DNA of 64,000 nucleotides from Leptogorgia sarmentosa (lineage: Eukaryota). A program made the position numbers and the translations under genes. Positions 1 to 12,486 of this stretch are shown in pieces. The notes under the pieces were generated by a model. It had not been told where the DNA came from. It saw only the letters and a program-made list of their open reading frames with translations, and did no database searches. The stretch covers positions 21,762,001 through 21,826,000 of the forward strand of contig OZ210885.1 in NCBI GenBank assembly GCA_964658305.1, given 5' to 3'. Numbering within the stretch: position 1 is the first letter of the stretch; each line of letters starts with the position of its first letter.

Positions 1-284
1 GACAATGTCATACCAATTGTATTCCATACATTTCGACCGGAGAGTGTGAAGTATAATATCTAATAGTAAAAATAGTTAAAAGTTAAAGTTTCCTTTTTAA
101 AACTGTTAATTCAACTATTCAAGGTATTTTCTGTACTGATATTTCCATCTTACATCACAGTAACTACATGAATTATCCAGAGTTTTGCAAAAAATGACAA
201 CTGGACACTGGAACGCGGTCTCGTCTCCTACACATCTGACATCTTGCATGTTGTCTTCCTTTTAATTAATTACATGAATAAATC

Positions 285-1212
285 ATGAAGCGATCAAAAA
301 CTGTTGAATCAGAGTCAGATGGCTCAGAATCTGACCTTTCAGATAAAGATGAACCAATGGCAATGGGCAAACCTGTCACTAAAAAGAAGAAATACGAGCA
401 AAATTTTTTCAATTCCTGGCTGTCTGAACCACAGTTCAAATGTTGACTAGAAAGACGGAAAGATTTGCCCCACTGCAAAATTTGTGATTGCTCACTATCT
501 TGCGCTAAGATGGCCTTAAAACGACACATGGAAAATAAAAAGCACAAGGACTTGAGTAAAATAAAAGAGCAAGTAAACAGACGCATAACCTCCACTATGT
601 TTGGACCACATGCTAATCCAGCAAGGATTGAGATAAAACTTTGCTTGTTTATAACCGCAAAAAATCTCCCAATCAGTATTGTGGAAGATCTTGTGCCACT
701 GCTACGAAACCTTTTCCCTTCAGATCCAGCGCTTCGTGAAGTTAAACTGGGAAAGCTAAAGGCCACCAATGTAATTCGACAAGTACTTGGATTCCATGCT
801 ATCAAAGAGTGTGTTTCTAAACTTAGAAACGAGAAATTTTCGGTGATTATCGACGAAACCACAGATAAATCAACAACGTCACAACTTGCCATACTAGCAG
901 TCTATTTCAACGAAAAAAACATTTAAACTTGAAATCGCTCTGGTCGATCTTGTACCACTCTCAAATGGAGCTGCAGCCACGATATACAAGGCTCTGTTGG
1001 ATAGCCTGAAAGAAAGAGGAATTCCGATGAAGAACGTTATTGGCTTCTGCACGGACACATGTAATGTGATGTTTGGCGCTAATCATTCTGTTGCTCAGAT
1101 GCTAGTGAAAGATCATCCATGGATAATTCCAATCAAGTGTTCCAGTCATTTGATTCATCTGTGCAGTTCACATGCATCAAAAGTTTTCCCTAAAAATGTT
1201 GAAGACCTGTGA
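285..1212 (+). pseudogene. hAT-family transposase, N-terminal part (ZNF862/ZBED-like), disrupted and 3'-truncated
   Basis: Zn finger CKIC...LKRH...KH; first catalytic motif FSVIIDETTD; GFCTDTCNVM and CxxH (KCSSHLIHL); in-frame stops near 445 and 926. Confidence 0.8.
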
Positions 1213-1511
1213 TTATAAGTGACCAGTGCGCTTCTCAGTTTATTCGATACAGTCATTTGGAGTGTACACACCAACTTTGTCCAACAGTGGTTATTGGTTA
1301 TTCCATTCACCGTTTTTTGTTTCGAATTGTTCTTCTGTTCAGGTAAGGACGATTTTAGAGATCTTTTTATAGGTCTTTTTATACTCTATTATTTAGCGCA
1401 CGATTAATACGTAGTTAATATTATTAGTGGGGCGGATATAGGAAAAAATTGTTCACTTTTGGTAACAAGCACCAAATTTGGCACAGATATAGTTTTTTAC
1501 ATGCTGAACAA

Positions 1512-1538
1512 TGTGTGTGTGTGTGTGTGTGTGTGTGT
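1512..1538. repeat. (TG)13 microsatellite
   Basis: Direct reading. Confidence 0.95.
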
Positions 1539-2025
1539 TGGTATGTGAACACGATAACTTTAGAAATAACGAACATTTGGCCACAAAACTTTGCACAATT
1601 GTTTGTCATTGCACAAGGAAGAGATGATTAAATTTTGGTTCAATTTCGTTGACAAACAACTGAAATATTTACAAAATAAAACTTTCGTTGCTTTAATTTT
1701 TTCAAATATGAATGCGTAATGAAGTTAATTTATATTCTGAATGTTTAATCAGGGGTAAAATATAGTGCGTGCAAAATTTGATGCTGGCGGAGGTATGCAG
1801 TCTTTGAATGCCCTCTAGTTACAGAATTAATTTTTCACAATAATACGTAATGTAACATAATTTTACGGCGCATGGAAACCTGCATAACAATAACATGAAA
1901 TCAATAACCCGCGAGCATTTGTTGAAAGACACACTGTTATTGACTTACAGCTAAGTCCCCCAGTTTTACATATTCGTGTCCAAGCAAACGTTTGAAGCAG
2001 ATATTTAAACCGTAGCTAAGATTGT

Positions 2026-4225
2026 CTATCTATTATTACACTCCTCGTCACAAAAACAAAGCACTGTGCAGCGGAGGTTAACTTTAAGACAGGAGCACCT
2101 TCCTCTGCAGCCCTTCTTACACCCACATCGGACTAGCTCACGGCATACTTGTGTGACATCTGGGAGTGTCGTCCAGTATGGCTCCCACTTTCCTTCGCAC
2201 AGAGTCCATCCCCAACTCTCAGGACTAGGAAGCACCGGGCGTGGCTTAAGAGCTTGTCCCCAGCAGTGTTCGGCCTGATATGCAGCACGTCTTGTATGTT
2301 CCACTAGAGCCGCTCTAGAAGGAGGTATGGCGTCCAGGGATCGACCTTTCTATGCGAACAACTGCTTTCTAGCTTCATTTACAGTCGACTTGTTGCTGGT
2401 TCGATCGTAGAGTAGTACTGTGTAACGCTCAATGCTGATCATACAAGACTTGCTCACTTCCTGTGGTTCGGAGGCCAGGAGGAGAAAGGCATCTGTGACT
2501 TCAGGGTACAACTTCCATACCTCGAATGCAGTTTTCTTTCCTTTTCCAGCAAAACAGGATACTGTATCACAACCTGTGAAGGCGTGGAAAAATGAGAGTG
2601 CTTTCGAAATTTGTGGACCAAGGTTGGCGCAAATTGTATGAGCAGCAATATATCGAAGGTTTGCTCCAGTTCCAAATGCAAGCCATATTTCAGGTTGTGT
2701 GGGGCCAGAAAGAAGTGGTAGTGCTGCAACTGCAAGGATCAGAACATCCGTATCTACAGTGCGGATAGTGATCCTTGTATAACCACGGTTGATGGCGTCT
2801 TGCACGTGAAGTATAATTCTGGTGTCAGCTTCTTTGTGGGAACAAGGAGCAAGATAAGTAAGGTCACGCTGTACTGTGCAAAGCACTTGGTTTCCGACTG
2901 TCGTAATGACTTGCTTCTCCGTGTTGAGGTTAGATAAATACTCTGCCAGAGACTCAAAAAGTTGGGTTTTGTTCTCATCCACACGAAGAAATTCACCCCA
3001 ATTGCGAGGAATAGGACTGCTTGCAGAGATACGACGTCGAACACCAGCCCCTTCGGTTGCACCTGGTTGTATGTTTCAGGCTGTTTTGAACGTAAACGTC
3101 CCATACAACATCTATTCGGTCAACAAGTCGGGATTGTGTTTCTATGTACGGTAGGAAGGATTTCAAAGCGTAATCTTCAAATGTTGTCTCTTTGCTTGGT
3201 CTGATCATATTGACAGCTACTGCCCCATCAATTATGGTAACATTGACAGTTTCCCTAGTAGATTGTGCAGCTGTGCCATCCCCTAGTAGACAGTCTACCA
3301 GTTCCGATTTCTTTTTTGGTAGGCGGAGCTTTCCCTGGTTGGATAGGGAAGGAGGACATCCTTGATTCTCATGCATGAAGAGGTCGTCAAGGTCACCGTC
3401 TCTGGTCTGACATGAGAAGTAGAGGCGGGAAAAAAGAGCGCAGTCGCTCTTAACAGAGAATAGCTGCTGTTGGAACTTTGCCGTTTTCTTCGGGAGGGAA
3501 GAAGTAAAAAAGCTTAGCTTGTTCCGCTTGATTGGATCAAATATGGAACTCTTACGTTCCTCCAAACGCTCCAACACAAACTTGTCACACTGGGATTTAC
3601 CTTTGATTTCAATATTCTTGAGTCTCTCTAGCGCATCTGGCGGAGCAACTTCTTTGGTGTCCAGAGTAACAAGATCGTCACCTTGGTCCAGGAAGGGGTT
3701 CCCAAGCTCTTCAAATGTTGCCACCAATGACCTGACATCATTACCAAACGAGGTTTGAAAACTTTTCTGAACTTCGTGGTGTGTCGACATATATCCTGGT
3801 TGATTCAGTTCGAACTCATTCACTAACCGCGCTATCTCAGGACCAGATGTCATCGATCGTCTTAAGGCACCTGCATTCTTGGTTAAACCCACTGCTCCTC
3901 CGTCCCCTTTAACAATTGCGTTATTCTGCTCATGAACGAACCTTGCTCAAACTCAGTAGCAACGTCTGGGGAAATTTGCAGCAGTAGACACATATCCCGA
4001 AGATGAACTGGAATCCAACAGGCGTAATTTGTGTGATTCAAAGCAAACAGCCAGGGAAGCATCAAAGAAAGTGTGTCCCGGTAGAGGAAAAGTCACCTAA
4101 ACGTATAGATCGAATAAACATCAGGAGAATGAGTTGCAACTTAAATGCGGTGTACCAATAGTAGAACTGCAGCTAATTGGTAGCTTGATTAGTGCACCAG
4201 TCGTGGAATGAATGGACATCATCAT
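2026..4225 (-). pseudogene. Academ protein C-terminal half: transposase tail, XPG/PIN-like nuclease, Cys-rich (CXC) finger
   Basis: FALNHTNYACW, GLT..SGPEIARL, IIDG, HKEADTR, RTVDTDV, HAFTGCDTVS..GKGKKT, CGCKKGCRGRCSC...CTVLCFC; several stops and frameshifts. Confidence 0.8.
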
Positions 4226-4373
4226 AACTATAACTAGTTATGGGATGTGACGTAAGAAAGAGAACACATGCGTTGACAACAATAGGGCTTTATAGTAAAA
4301 ACAACAACATTGAACACTGTATCTTCGAAAATAAATATTTTTTCTTACTGCGCTAAACGTTTATGGGCTTAAA

Positions 4374-4808
4374 GTGCCACACAGGTGTGCAGTTTATAGA
4401 TGTTCGAATGTTACCAGTTCAGACGAAGGAATATCGCTCCATGTTATTCCTTTTGCGAATGATGATCGACCAGAGGCCAAAAAGCAAAGGAAGAAATGGG
4501 TCGATTTTGTTCGAAGAAGGCGATTAAACTTTGAACCGTCTGCCTCTTCAAAGATATGTTCCAGGCATTTTAATGCAGGAGATTTTACTAGGCGTTTCGG
4601 TGTTCGCTTGACTGGCGATAAAGTGAAATTGAAAGCCATACTAAAGAGCGACGAATTCGGGATTTGTGTATATCCAACCATTTCTTTGCCAGATTGCACA
4701 GATCCAACTTCCTCTACGACAAGTTCTGCCTTTAACGCTGCTGCACAGCCTTTGTGCCTCTTTCGTTCACTAATAGATCAACCCTGCAGTTTACACATGT
4801 ACACCTAA
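4374..4808 (+). pseudogene. THAP zinc-finger N-terminus of a transposase; remainder deleted
   Basis: C-x4-C (CAVYRCSN), LHVIP, RKKW, ICSRHF, YPTI = C2CH THAP signature. Confidence 0.8.
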
Positions 4809-4892
4809 ACAAAACAAATATGATCGTGAAGTAATACGCGTAAACACTATTATATCGCATCTCGGTATACACACATTTGACTATGATTTGAC

Positions 4893-5129
4893 CTACCAAT
4901 CTGATACGCGCACTTCCCCAATTAAGCGAGTTACAAGCAGTTGTCTTCTCTCCTCTTCTCTTCTAACTTCATTGTATTCGGCAATCCACACAACATTTGC
5001 AATCGGTTCGTCTTGGTACGGTTGCAAGCTTTGCCATTGTTCTTCGCTTCCTCGTATTACATAATCCGTTATGGAAAACCTATCCGAGTCTAGTTGGCTG
5101 TCAAAATTGTTGGAAAAACTTGACGACAT
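4893..5129 (-). pseudogene. First exon of a Kolobok accessory (KolX / P2X7-C-terminal-like) gene
   Basis: LQPYQDEP motif and RL...VSDW followed by a GT donor, resembling the lead-in to the WCxCxxC domain of this family. Confidence 0.4.
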
Positions 5130-5447
5130 CTTCTCACAGGAACTTTAACCGAAAAGTCTATATTTCAAAGAGGTTCAAGCGCTATTTCGTCTAAAACGCT
5201 TTGTTTTCTATAGCATTTATACTTTGCATATTTGACGTGTTCTCCTTTTTACATCGCTTCCGTCGGTAATGTCAATTAGTTACCAGTACTTTGTACTCAC
5301 GGAAAATTGAAAAAATTACCAACTTTGAGGTCCGAAAAGTACAGGAGATCAAATTTTCGTCTTATCGAATATATTGCAAATGTTCTTAAAATCACCTGAA
5401 CTACATAAATAAGTCATTTCCCTGACCCTGATATAGGCACTTCAAAG

Positions 5448-5723
5448 ATGCAAGAAACAAATGAGTTACTAAAAGATCTTTGCACAAAAGAGGACTATAC
5501 CTATATTGAAAATGGGAACATAGATGCAACTTGCCTGAACGGGTCCCAGCTACATCTTAACGCCAAAGGTTCGGCGCTACTGGCAGTTCACTTTATCAAA
5601 TTTCTTAGAGGAACTAACTCACGATTATCAAGTGTTGGGGGTTTTTCGAAGGAACTTCGACAACTGGGAGAGCTATTAAGGATGATCATGCCTCAGGCCT
5701 CAAAGAAACGAACCCATCGATAA
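5448..5723 (+). pseudogene. LINE A ORF1 C-terminus (SGNH/GDSL esterase-like)
   Basis: YIENGNID..CLNGSQLHLNAKG resembles the DxLHL block of CR1-type ORF1 esterases. Confidence 0.65.
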
Positions 5724-5805
5724 ACAATAGGATGTCTGACTCTGAAGGTAAAAAAGATTCCTGTTTGCATAAAATTAAAAATCTGAGGGGACTTAAAATA
5801 GCTAG

Positions 5806-6140
5806 TAGGCTGTTTGCTGTGATACGATAAAGTGACTAAAAATGGGTTTTCATTAAGCATGTCGTGGAACTGAAATATTTTTACACAACATACCACTTTG
5901 AGGGATGCTGAATTCAAATCCGAAAAGTTCCCACTTACCAGACCCGCAGTTTTTTAGCAAAACGCTTGTTTATTTTTCGATTTTTCGCTTCTCGCCTGCC
6001 ATTTTGAAACTATTTTGCATTACATTCCATCGCTCACAGTCATGATTATTTTGCCCCAGTCTTTCCAATTCTTGGCCGAGTAGTCATTTTCGTTAATGGA
6101 ATGTTAAAATCACTGACCTGCATAAAAAACTGGATTGAGT
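5806..6140 (+). repeat. Academ #2 left TIR (inner boundary approximate)
   Basis: Reverse complement of about 12155-12483. Confidence 0.85.
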
Positions 6141-7164
6141 GCTTATTGTGTCAAACGCGGGTGAGCGCTGTGAAAAAGCAGCTCGAGCTCTGTCTAGTTA
6201 GTTTTTTTAAAACTTTTTGTGCTATACAAAAATATTAAGCATATATTTCTGACTCACCTTCCAACTGAAAGAACCCTTCTATTTCGCTTCAATTTACGGA
6301 CGTAGCTAGAGCGTTAAATTGGGGGGGGGATATTTATATATGAGTATTCTGGTCGTCTCATCTCTTTTGAAATCAGTTATTTTTGAATTAATTTCAATAG
6401 AAATCTGTCGGGCAGAACATGAACACCCCCCATTTAAAGTTCTAGGTACGCCCCTGTTGATATCGCGGGGGGTTCATTCATCTTCGTTGTCGCTGTCATC
6501 AGTGGAACATTCTGAGTAATCGTAAGTATCCGCATCATTACTGTCATCATTTTCTCTGAGCTCGTTTTTGCAGTTAGTGCACTTACACAGGTCTGAGCAC
6601 CTCAACGTCGCCTTCACGCACGAACACCTGTTATTCTCGCAGCCTTTTGTACATTTACAATGGACGAATTCCAAAACAGAATCGGGAGCCGGTGGAAGGG
6701 TCATCCAGTTAACCGAAACGTCGCCTTGATCATCTATTTTCCACCCATGGTCGCAGAAATTTGGCAGGTTTTGTACTGGCTGATTTGCGTGTCGCCAGAT
6801 GTAACATTGGTAGTTAGCTCGATTGATATGTTGATCGAGTGAGTCCTGGTTTGGAGGCAGTGAATCTTCTTCGTATTTTCCACCTTTGAACATTTGGTAC
6901 CGAACAGAATTGACGTCGCAAAATCCTTGAAAGCCATACCAGTGACACACAAAACCGTACAAGCCATCTCTCAATTCTGCGGAAGGAACCAATGTAGCGC
7001 CCATGTTTTGGAAAAGACTTGCATATATATCTTTCGTTCTAGCGATTTTTAGCGCTGTAACTTTGCCTTTTCCGTAAAAGGAACTCGTGGTGTCGCATCC
7101 TTTAGTAAACGAGAATGAAAACGTCAGTTTTTAATACTAAATTTGTAGTGCGTTAGTTAATTAT

Positions 7165-7310
7165 TAGAGAGCCTTCGCACATGACGTTACGGCCACCATG
7201 TTGGTGTACTAGAACAAAAGAATTTTAAATATATTCTTTTGAAAATACACCAACATGGCCACTAGATTCTTTGTTGGTTTGATCCCCAGGGACTGAGTAC
7301 AAACGCTCTA
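7165..7310. mobile_element. Small MITE-like insertion in an Academ intron
   Basis: TAGAG...CTCTA ends; internal inverted repeat CCATGTTGGTGTA / TACACCAACATGG. Confidence 0.5.
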
Positions 7311-8879
7311 TAGGTTATTCAGGTCCAAAGTAATTTATCCTTTTTTCTGCGTACGGTGAAAATTACCTGTAAATGCATGAATGCCGATCAGCGCGCTACA
7401 CCACTGGTCACCAAAGTGTTGCTTAACCTTGTTTAACGAAATGATCCTTTTCCGATTTCCAACACCCGTTTCGAATAGCAATGCTGCATCAATCCCTAAA
7501 CAAGCATTCAATGCAATGAAGAAGACGTCTGTGTCTGGACTCCTGATGACAATGGTGGAGTAATCCTGGCATGCATGTCCTGCGTGTGTAATCATTCGCG
7601 TATCTGCCTCTTCGTGATCACAGCGAAGCTCCTCGATTTCGTGGCTAATCATTTCGCCATTTACCTCGAAAAGCTTGTGGCACGTATCTTCGTGTGCAAT
7701 AAACACTGTGATGCCCTTCAGTAAACGCGGGTCTGCCTTGCTCCACGTAATGAAAATAAATTTCATTAGTTCTTCCTTATTTTCTCCGGAACACATAAAC
7801 TTCTTCCACTGGCGGGGGGTCTTCTGCTGTTCACCATAAATTCGAATAACCTGGACACCACTAGCCGCTCGTCTATTCCTTTCCAGGTCTTTAATGCTCT
7901 GTCGCGGATAACGATCGCAGACAAAGTCTATCCGCTTGGAGTTGGAAAACACTGCCATGTTCACAATTTTGAGAAGTAATTGTGTTGCCAGTTCGCCGAA
8001 CGTGTCAGGAATTTCTATCATGGTTTGTATCATGGCCATTGCGTCGACAATATACGCTTTCTCTAATTCAGTAGGATTATCAACAGAAGTATCATTTACT
8101 TCTCCTTCAACGGCGCTGACCAATTTGGACTTGACAGTTTTCATCAGATCCCCTTCATTTGTTGCTAGTGAACAAGGGAAAGGTCGCAGAGAGTATTTCA
8201 GGACCTCTTCCATTTGCAGGTTACGACTCTTGGCTACCAAGAGCATCTTTGCGAAAAGATTTTTTGAATTCTTCAAGGTTACAAGTTTCCCTTTCCTGCT
8301 TTTACTCGTAACTTTTTTGCCGAGTTCGGAGAATGTTTGCAGTTTCGTTTTTGGTATTGTGCAGTAAATGTTCGGTTCCTGCCCAACGATGTTAGTTTCC
8401 ATAAACTTAACGGCAGCAGATTCTCCTTTTTTCTGCATGGTTTTCATGTCATTCGCGATCGCAGGAGTGGCAACAGTTCCGCTTACCAGCTGCACAAGTT
8501 CATGCTGGGCGCTCTCAAAGGGATTTATCATGGACTCGATTGTATTGATTACACTGACTATTGCCTTCTCATCTGCTTTTGTTCTTGTTTCGTCCAAATC
8601 TTTTCTCATCCTAAATTAATGATGATATCTACATCAACACTTTCCTCAATTAAATATTATTTTGAAATGATTCAAGCTGTTAAAACATTACTGAATTACC
8701 TTTTAATTTCAGTTACATTTGCCATGTCTTCACATTGCCTTGTGATAGCACTTCTCTCCGCCTGTCCCATCAACCAACGATGCACTGCTCCTTTATTTAG
8801 AGTCATCCCCACTAAACCACCTTTCATTTTGGAATCTCTAACAAAAATAATAGAAAAGACTAAAATAGCTAAAACTCTT

Positions 8880-9030
8880 GTGAAAGGAGTGAAGCCATGG
8901 GTTTCCTCCAGACACTTCGCTTTCCTCCCCAGGAGATTAAGTTAACTTGGTTAGGTGATTGGACCCACAGTTATTAGCATATACTGTTGTGACTTCGTCC
9001 TTGTGGCGAAGCCAAATGAACTAAACAACA
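8880..9030 (+). mobile_element. Possible SINE fragment in an Academ intron
   Basis: GGGTTTCCTCCAGACACTTCGCTTTCCTCCC resembles a conserved invertebrate SINE core; no A/B boxes seen. Confidence 0.3.
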
Positions 9031-12000
9031 GAAGTCAATAGTCAAAGTAAGAGAATTCTAACCTATTCAATGTCTGTTCAATTGTTTGATCACACGCCAC
9101 ACTTGAGAATGCATATTGCCCTTGTCTTTGAACTGTCCAGTTTTCTGAAATGGTTGCAGCAACATCTAGGACAAAGAGAAAGTATTCGTTGATGTGAAAA
9201 CTGAATAACCTTATTTACATATGTATATTAAAGCAGACTTACATGGGTGTGTTTTCTCCAGGCATACCATTTCAAGCCAGTAGCACGGTCCATATCTGGA
9301 ATAATTTATCCGATCAGTGACAAAGAACCAGGGAATCATCGATCTCAGTGAGCTCAGATGTAATGACCAGTCTGACGTTCTCGTCGCCCTGATGTAAAGC
9401 AGTAGTAGTTGTACCATCTCTATATAATTTGACCAAAACGCAAACGAGGGATTTTCATAGCTCTTTCTTTCAATAAACTGGTCGTACTTAGCTTTTGTCT
9501 CTGCAACAATACTGCTGGAGCACATTTCCAAGAACCCCTCCCGTCTGCTATCCTCCTGTACATCGATGGCAATGGCGTTGAACGATTCTTTTTCAGCAGC
9601 TGTCAAAGTCTTCTCAAAGGCTTGGAACCGCAGTCTCTCCATGGCCTCATACATTATCTTGTGGGCTCTTATACAACGATTGTAGTGCCTTCCAGATAGT
9701 ACACCTGTCATAGATCCTGAAGCCACAACTTCTGATTCGATCATTATGTCCTACATAAAACGAATAAAGATTATTCAGCTGCAGGTAATTATACGGTACT
9801 AGTCACAAGGAGAATCATTCGTTAATGAAAAGAATGTCAATACTTACTTGCCATCCTGCGTCTTTGTAAATCTTAGCTATGGCACTGCAAAATGACATCA
9901 CTGTGTGGAAGTCACCGAGTCTAATTACCAGGCGTCGTTTAAGATCTTCGTCCTTCCATCGTATCATCTGCGCTTCGCAATATATTGCTTCGTCAAACAC
10001 CAGTACAATTTCTGGTAGTCGGAGGCGTTCGCATATAGAAACGCTATGATGAAGGATTGTGTTGACGGTCGCCATATCAGTGACAGGGGCGTCAATAACT
10101 GGTAGGTAGCCAATATTAGAAACGTTTGGAACCTCTTTATAGACCTCCGTGTTGAATCCCGTCCATCCGGGTATGTTTTCACCTTCCTCTGAACCATATT
10201 TTCTGGCCACCAAATATAAAAAATCAGCATTTCTTGCCATGTCCTGCTTATCAGCGTGCAATCGCTCTTCAAGGAAGATGTCCGAACTTTGATTACGAAG
10301 GGATATCGTTCCTTTCTCCCGATTAACATATGGAATTATATTCGTTTGTGGTGCTGTCATGGTACGTTGTTTTTTGCTCACGGCGATCTTCTGTTGCAGA
10401 CTGACATTACCATCCTGCACAATGATTCCATTTGCTACATGTGTTGTTCCTTTACCAGACACAGTTTCTTCATTAAAATCGTTATTATCCCAAATGATGG
10501 TAGCAAACGCTCCTGGCCTAATGTTGCGTGGGATGACAATTTCCTGCCCTTGAGTGGTAGTTAGAGCCAACGCAGTATCATGCTTATAAACCGTAGCTAC
10601 AGAAGTGGTGTGTCCCAAACCATATAAGATCTTTAACAATCGGATCGACCCAGTCATCTGACGAACCGTCATACCAAGAGCCAATGATTTGTGGGTTAGC
10701 TTTTTCCCCTTGGACTCCGCATATATCAGGTCTTGCGCTATAGATACCACTTTCCTCTTCTCACTAGGGCTGAGATTAACCATTCCATCCTCAATTGGAT
10801 CACAGGAGTACCCAAGGCACCACGCTAAAAAGTTATACAACCGCACTGGAACGCACCGTGTTGCCAATTCTAGGGTAAGATCGTTAGAGTCGGGAGGCCA
10901 CTCAGCATCGACACCTTTGCTTTCCATTAAAAGCTTCTTGATTTCCATTGCGGCAAAAAATAATTCTTTAAGGGGGAAACTGGTTGGTTTAACTGGTTGG
11001 CTAGGTGCTCCATCGTCCTCATTATCGCTGTCCATACCGTCCGTGTCATCGTCTCCACTTGGTATTGCTGTGAAGTCATCAGCAACTTCACCAGCTGTCA
11101 CATTGTCAACATAAACAAGAGTACCTTTCCTCACCGTCTTTGACGCATGAAAAACAATTTGAGGATATCGCTTCTGGATTCTTTTTTTTAATCGTGCAGC
11201 TTGGTAAGTGACTTGAACATTCTCTATAGTTTGCACACACTTGATAAACTCATTCAGCAACTGGCCGAGAAATACAATTTCCTTGTTCTCGATGATTCTT
11301 TTTTCAATTATTTCAGCGCAGAACTGATCGAATGCCTTGTCGTATAACGTTGGCTCCACAGCAACTGCCTTTTGTTTTCGAGACACACACTTTGTATACA
11401 TCTGGTAACATCTTTTATGGTATCTGGCTTCAATGGCCACGCAGTCTTTTCCGTTGATGTGCACAAGGATGCTGTCATCGCGTTTTAGCAATGCGGCCTC
11501 AAGCAAAACTCCTGCTGTAAGAGTTTGTGCAACAGATAGCCCTTGTTTCACACGCTTTTTCGATATCTGTGAAAACAAAGCATATAGCTGTAGATGTATA
11601 TATGGTACTCTAGTCTTCGTCTAACCCTAAAAAAAGGCGGTGTAAAACTTACATTATCCGTGACATAGATTGGTCCTTTTTTCTTGCATATTAAACAAGC
11701 ATCGGGTAGCACGTTAGACGATCGACTTTCATGACATTTCCCAAGGCTTCCAAACGATCGTCGGGTAGTAATGCGGGGCACTTTTTCCGGCTTGGGATAG
11801 TCGATGTCGATATTCTCAGCATCACCAGTAGCAATCTTTTCTGGAGCTGACGTACCCATTGCTCTTTTAATTTTGTTTATGTCCGTAAACTTTCGATAGC
11901 ATGACAAATGATAGCAGCATTTTTCTTCATCGCTTAAATCACCTGAGATACTCCAATGACTTTTTGGCGACTGAAGTGAAGTTCTTATAAGAAAAGGGTA

Positions 12001-12154
12001 GATTTAGCCACTCTTTCCTTGATTCTATAATTTTTGCTAGTGTATCCTGTGTAAAACGTTTAATTTCTCCTTCTTTTCCTTCGAAATGAATCACGCAGAC
12101 ATGATTCGAAAAAGACATTGTTATGGAAATCCAGTTTTGAAAATGAGTAATGCA

Positions 12155-12483
12155 ATACTCCATCCAGTTTTTCCTTGCAGATCAGTGATTTTAACATTCC
12201 CATCAACGAAAATTACTACTCGACCAAGAATTGGGAAGACTGGGGCAGAATAGTCATGATTGTGAGCGATGGAATGTAATGCAAAGTAATTTCAAAATGG
12301 CGGGCGAGAGGCGAAAAATCGAAAAATAAACAAGCGTTTTGCTAAAAAACTGCGGGTCTGGTAAATGGGAACTTTTCGGATTTGGATTCAGCATCCTTCA
12401 AAGTGGTATGTTGTGTAAAAATATTTCAGTTCCACGACATGCTTAATGAAAGTGAAAGATAGCTAGCCACAGCAAACGGCCTA
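12155..12483 (-). repeat. Academ #2 right TIR
   Basis: Inverted copy of 5806-~6140. Confidence 0.85.
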
Positions 12484-12486
12484 TAG

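Larger units (their letters stand above)
1425..4225 (-). mobile_element. Academ (AcademX-type) DNA transposon #1, 5'-truncated
   Basis: Putative terminus TAGTGGGGCG at 1425 with the subterminal CCAAATTTGGCA also seen in Academ #3; XPG+Cys-rich coding region; the other end was not found. Confidence 0.65.
4373..5441. mobile_element. Kolobok-like DNA transposon, internally deleted
   Basis: ttaa|AGTGCC ... GGCACT|tcaa (short TIR, TTAA-like target); contains a THAP ORF (+) and a convergent second gene exon (-). Confidence 0.5.
6474..12118 (-). pseudogene. Multi-exon Academ protein (DDE transposase + XPG-like nuclease + Cys-rich finger), near complete, at least one frameshift near 11943
   Basis: Approximate exons 12118-11651, 11568-9849, 9750-9240, 9167-9062, 8838-8699, 8610-7367, 7100-6474 with GT..AG borders; motifs WDNND, VFDEAIY, RLGDFH, HYNRCIRAH, DRINYSRY, HEEADTR, SPDTDV, HAFTG/CDTTS, CKCTKGC..CSC..CSDLCKC. 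Confidence 0.85.
5806..12483 (-). mobile_element. Academ DNA transposon #2, full-length (6.7 kb), long imperfect TIRs, 3-bp TSD TAG
   Basis: TAGGCTGTTTGCTGTG ... CACAGCAAACGGCCTA; TSD TAG at 5803-5805 and 12484-12486; inverted similarity extends about 330 bp. Confidence 0.9.

Noticed and set aside
266..892. 208-aa minus-strand ORF and similar antisense ORFs (e.g. 7936-8367, 8337-8945, 10689-11114)
   Set aside because: Shadows of transposase genes on the opposite strand; no recognisable motifs.
1218..1420. Possible Penelope/other retroelement fragment between hAT and Academ #1
   Set aside because: No coding or ribozyme motif recognisable.
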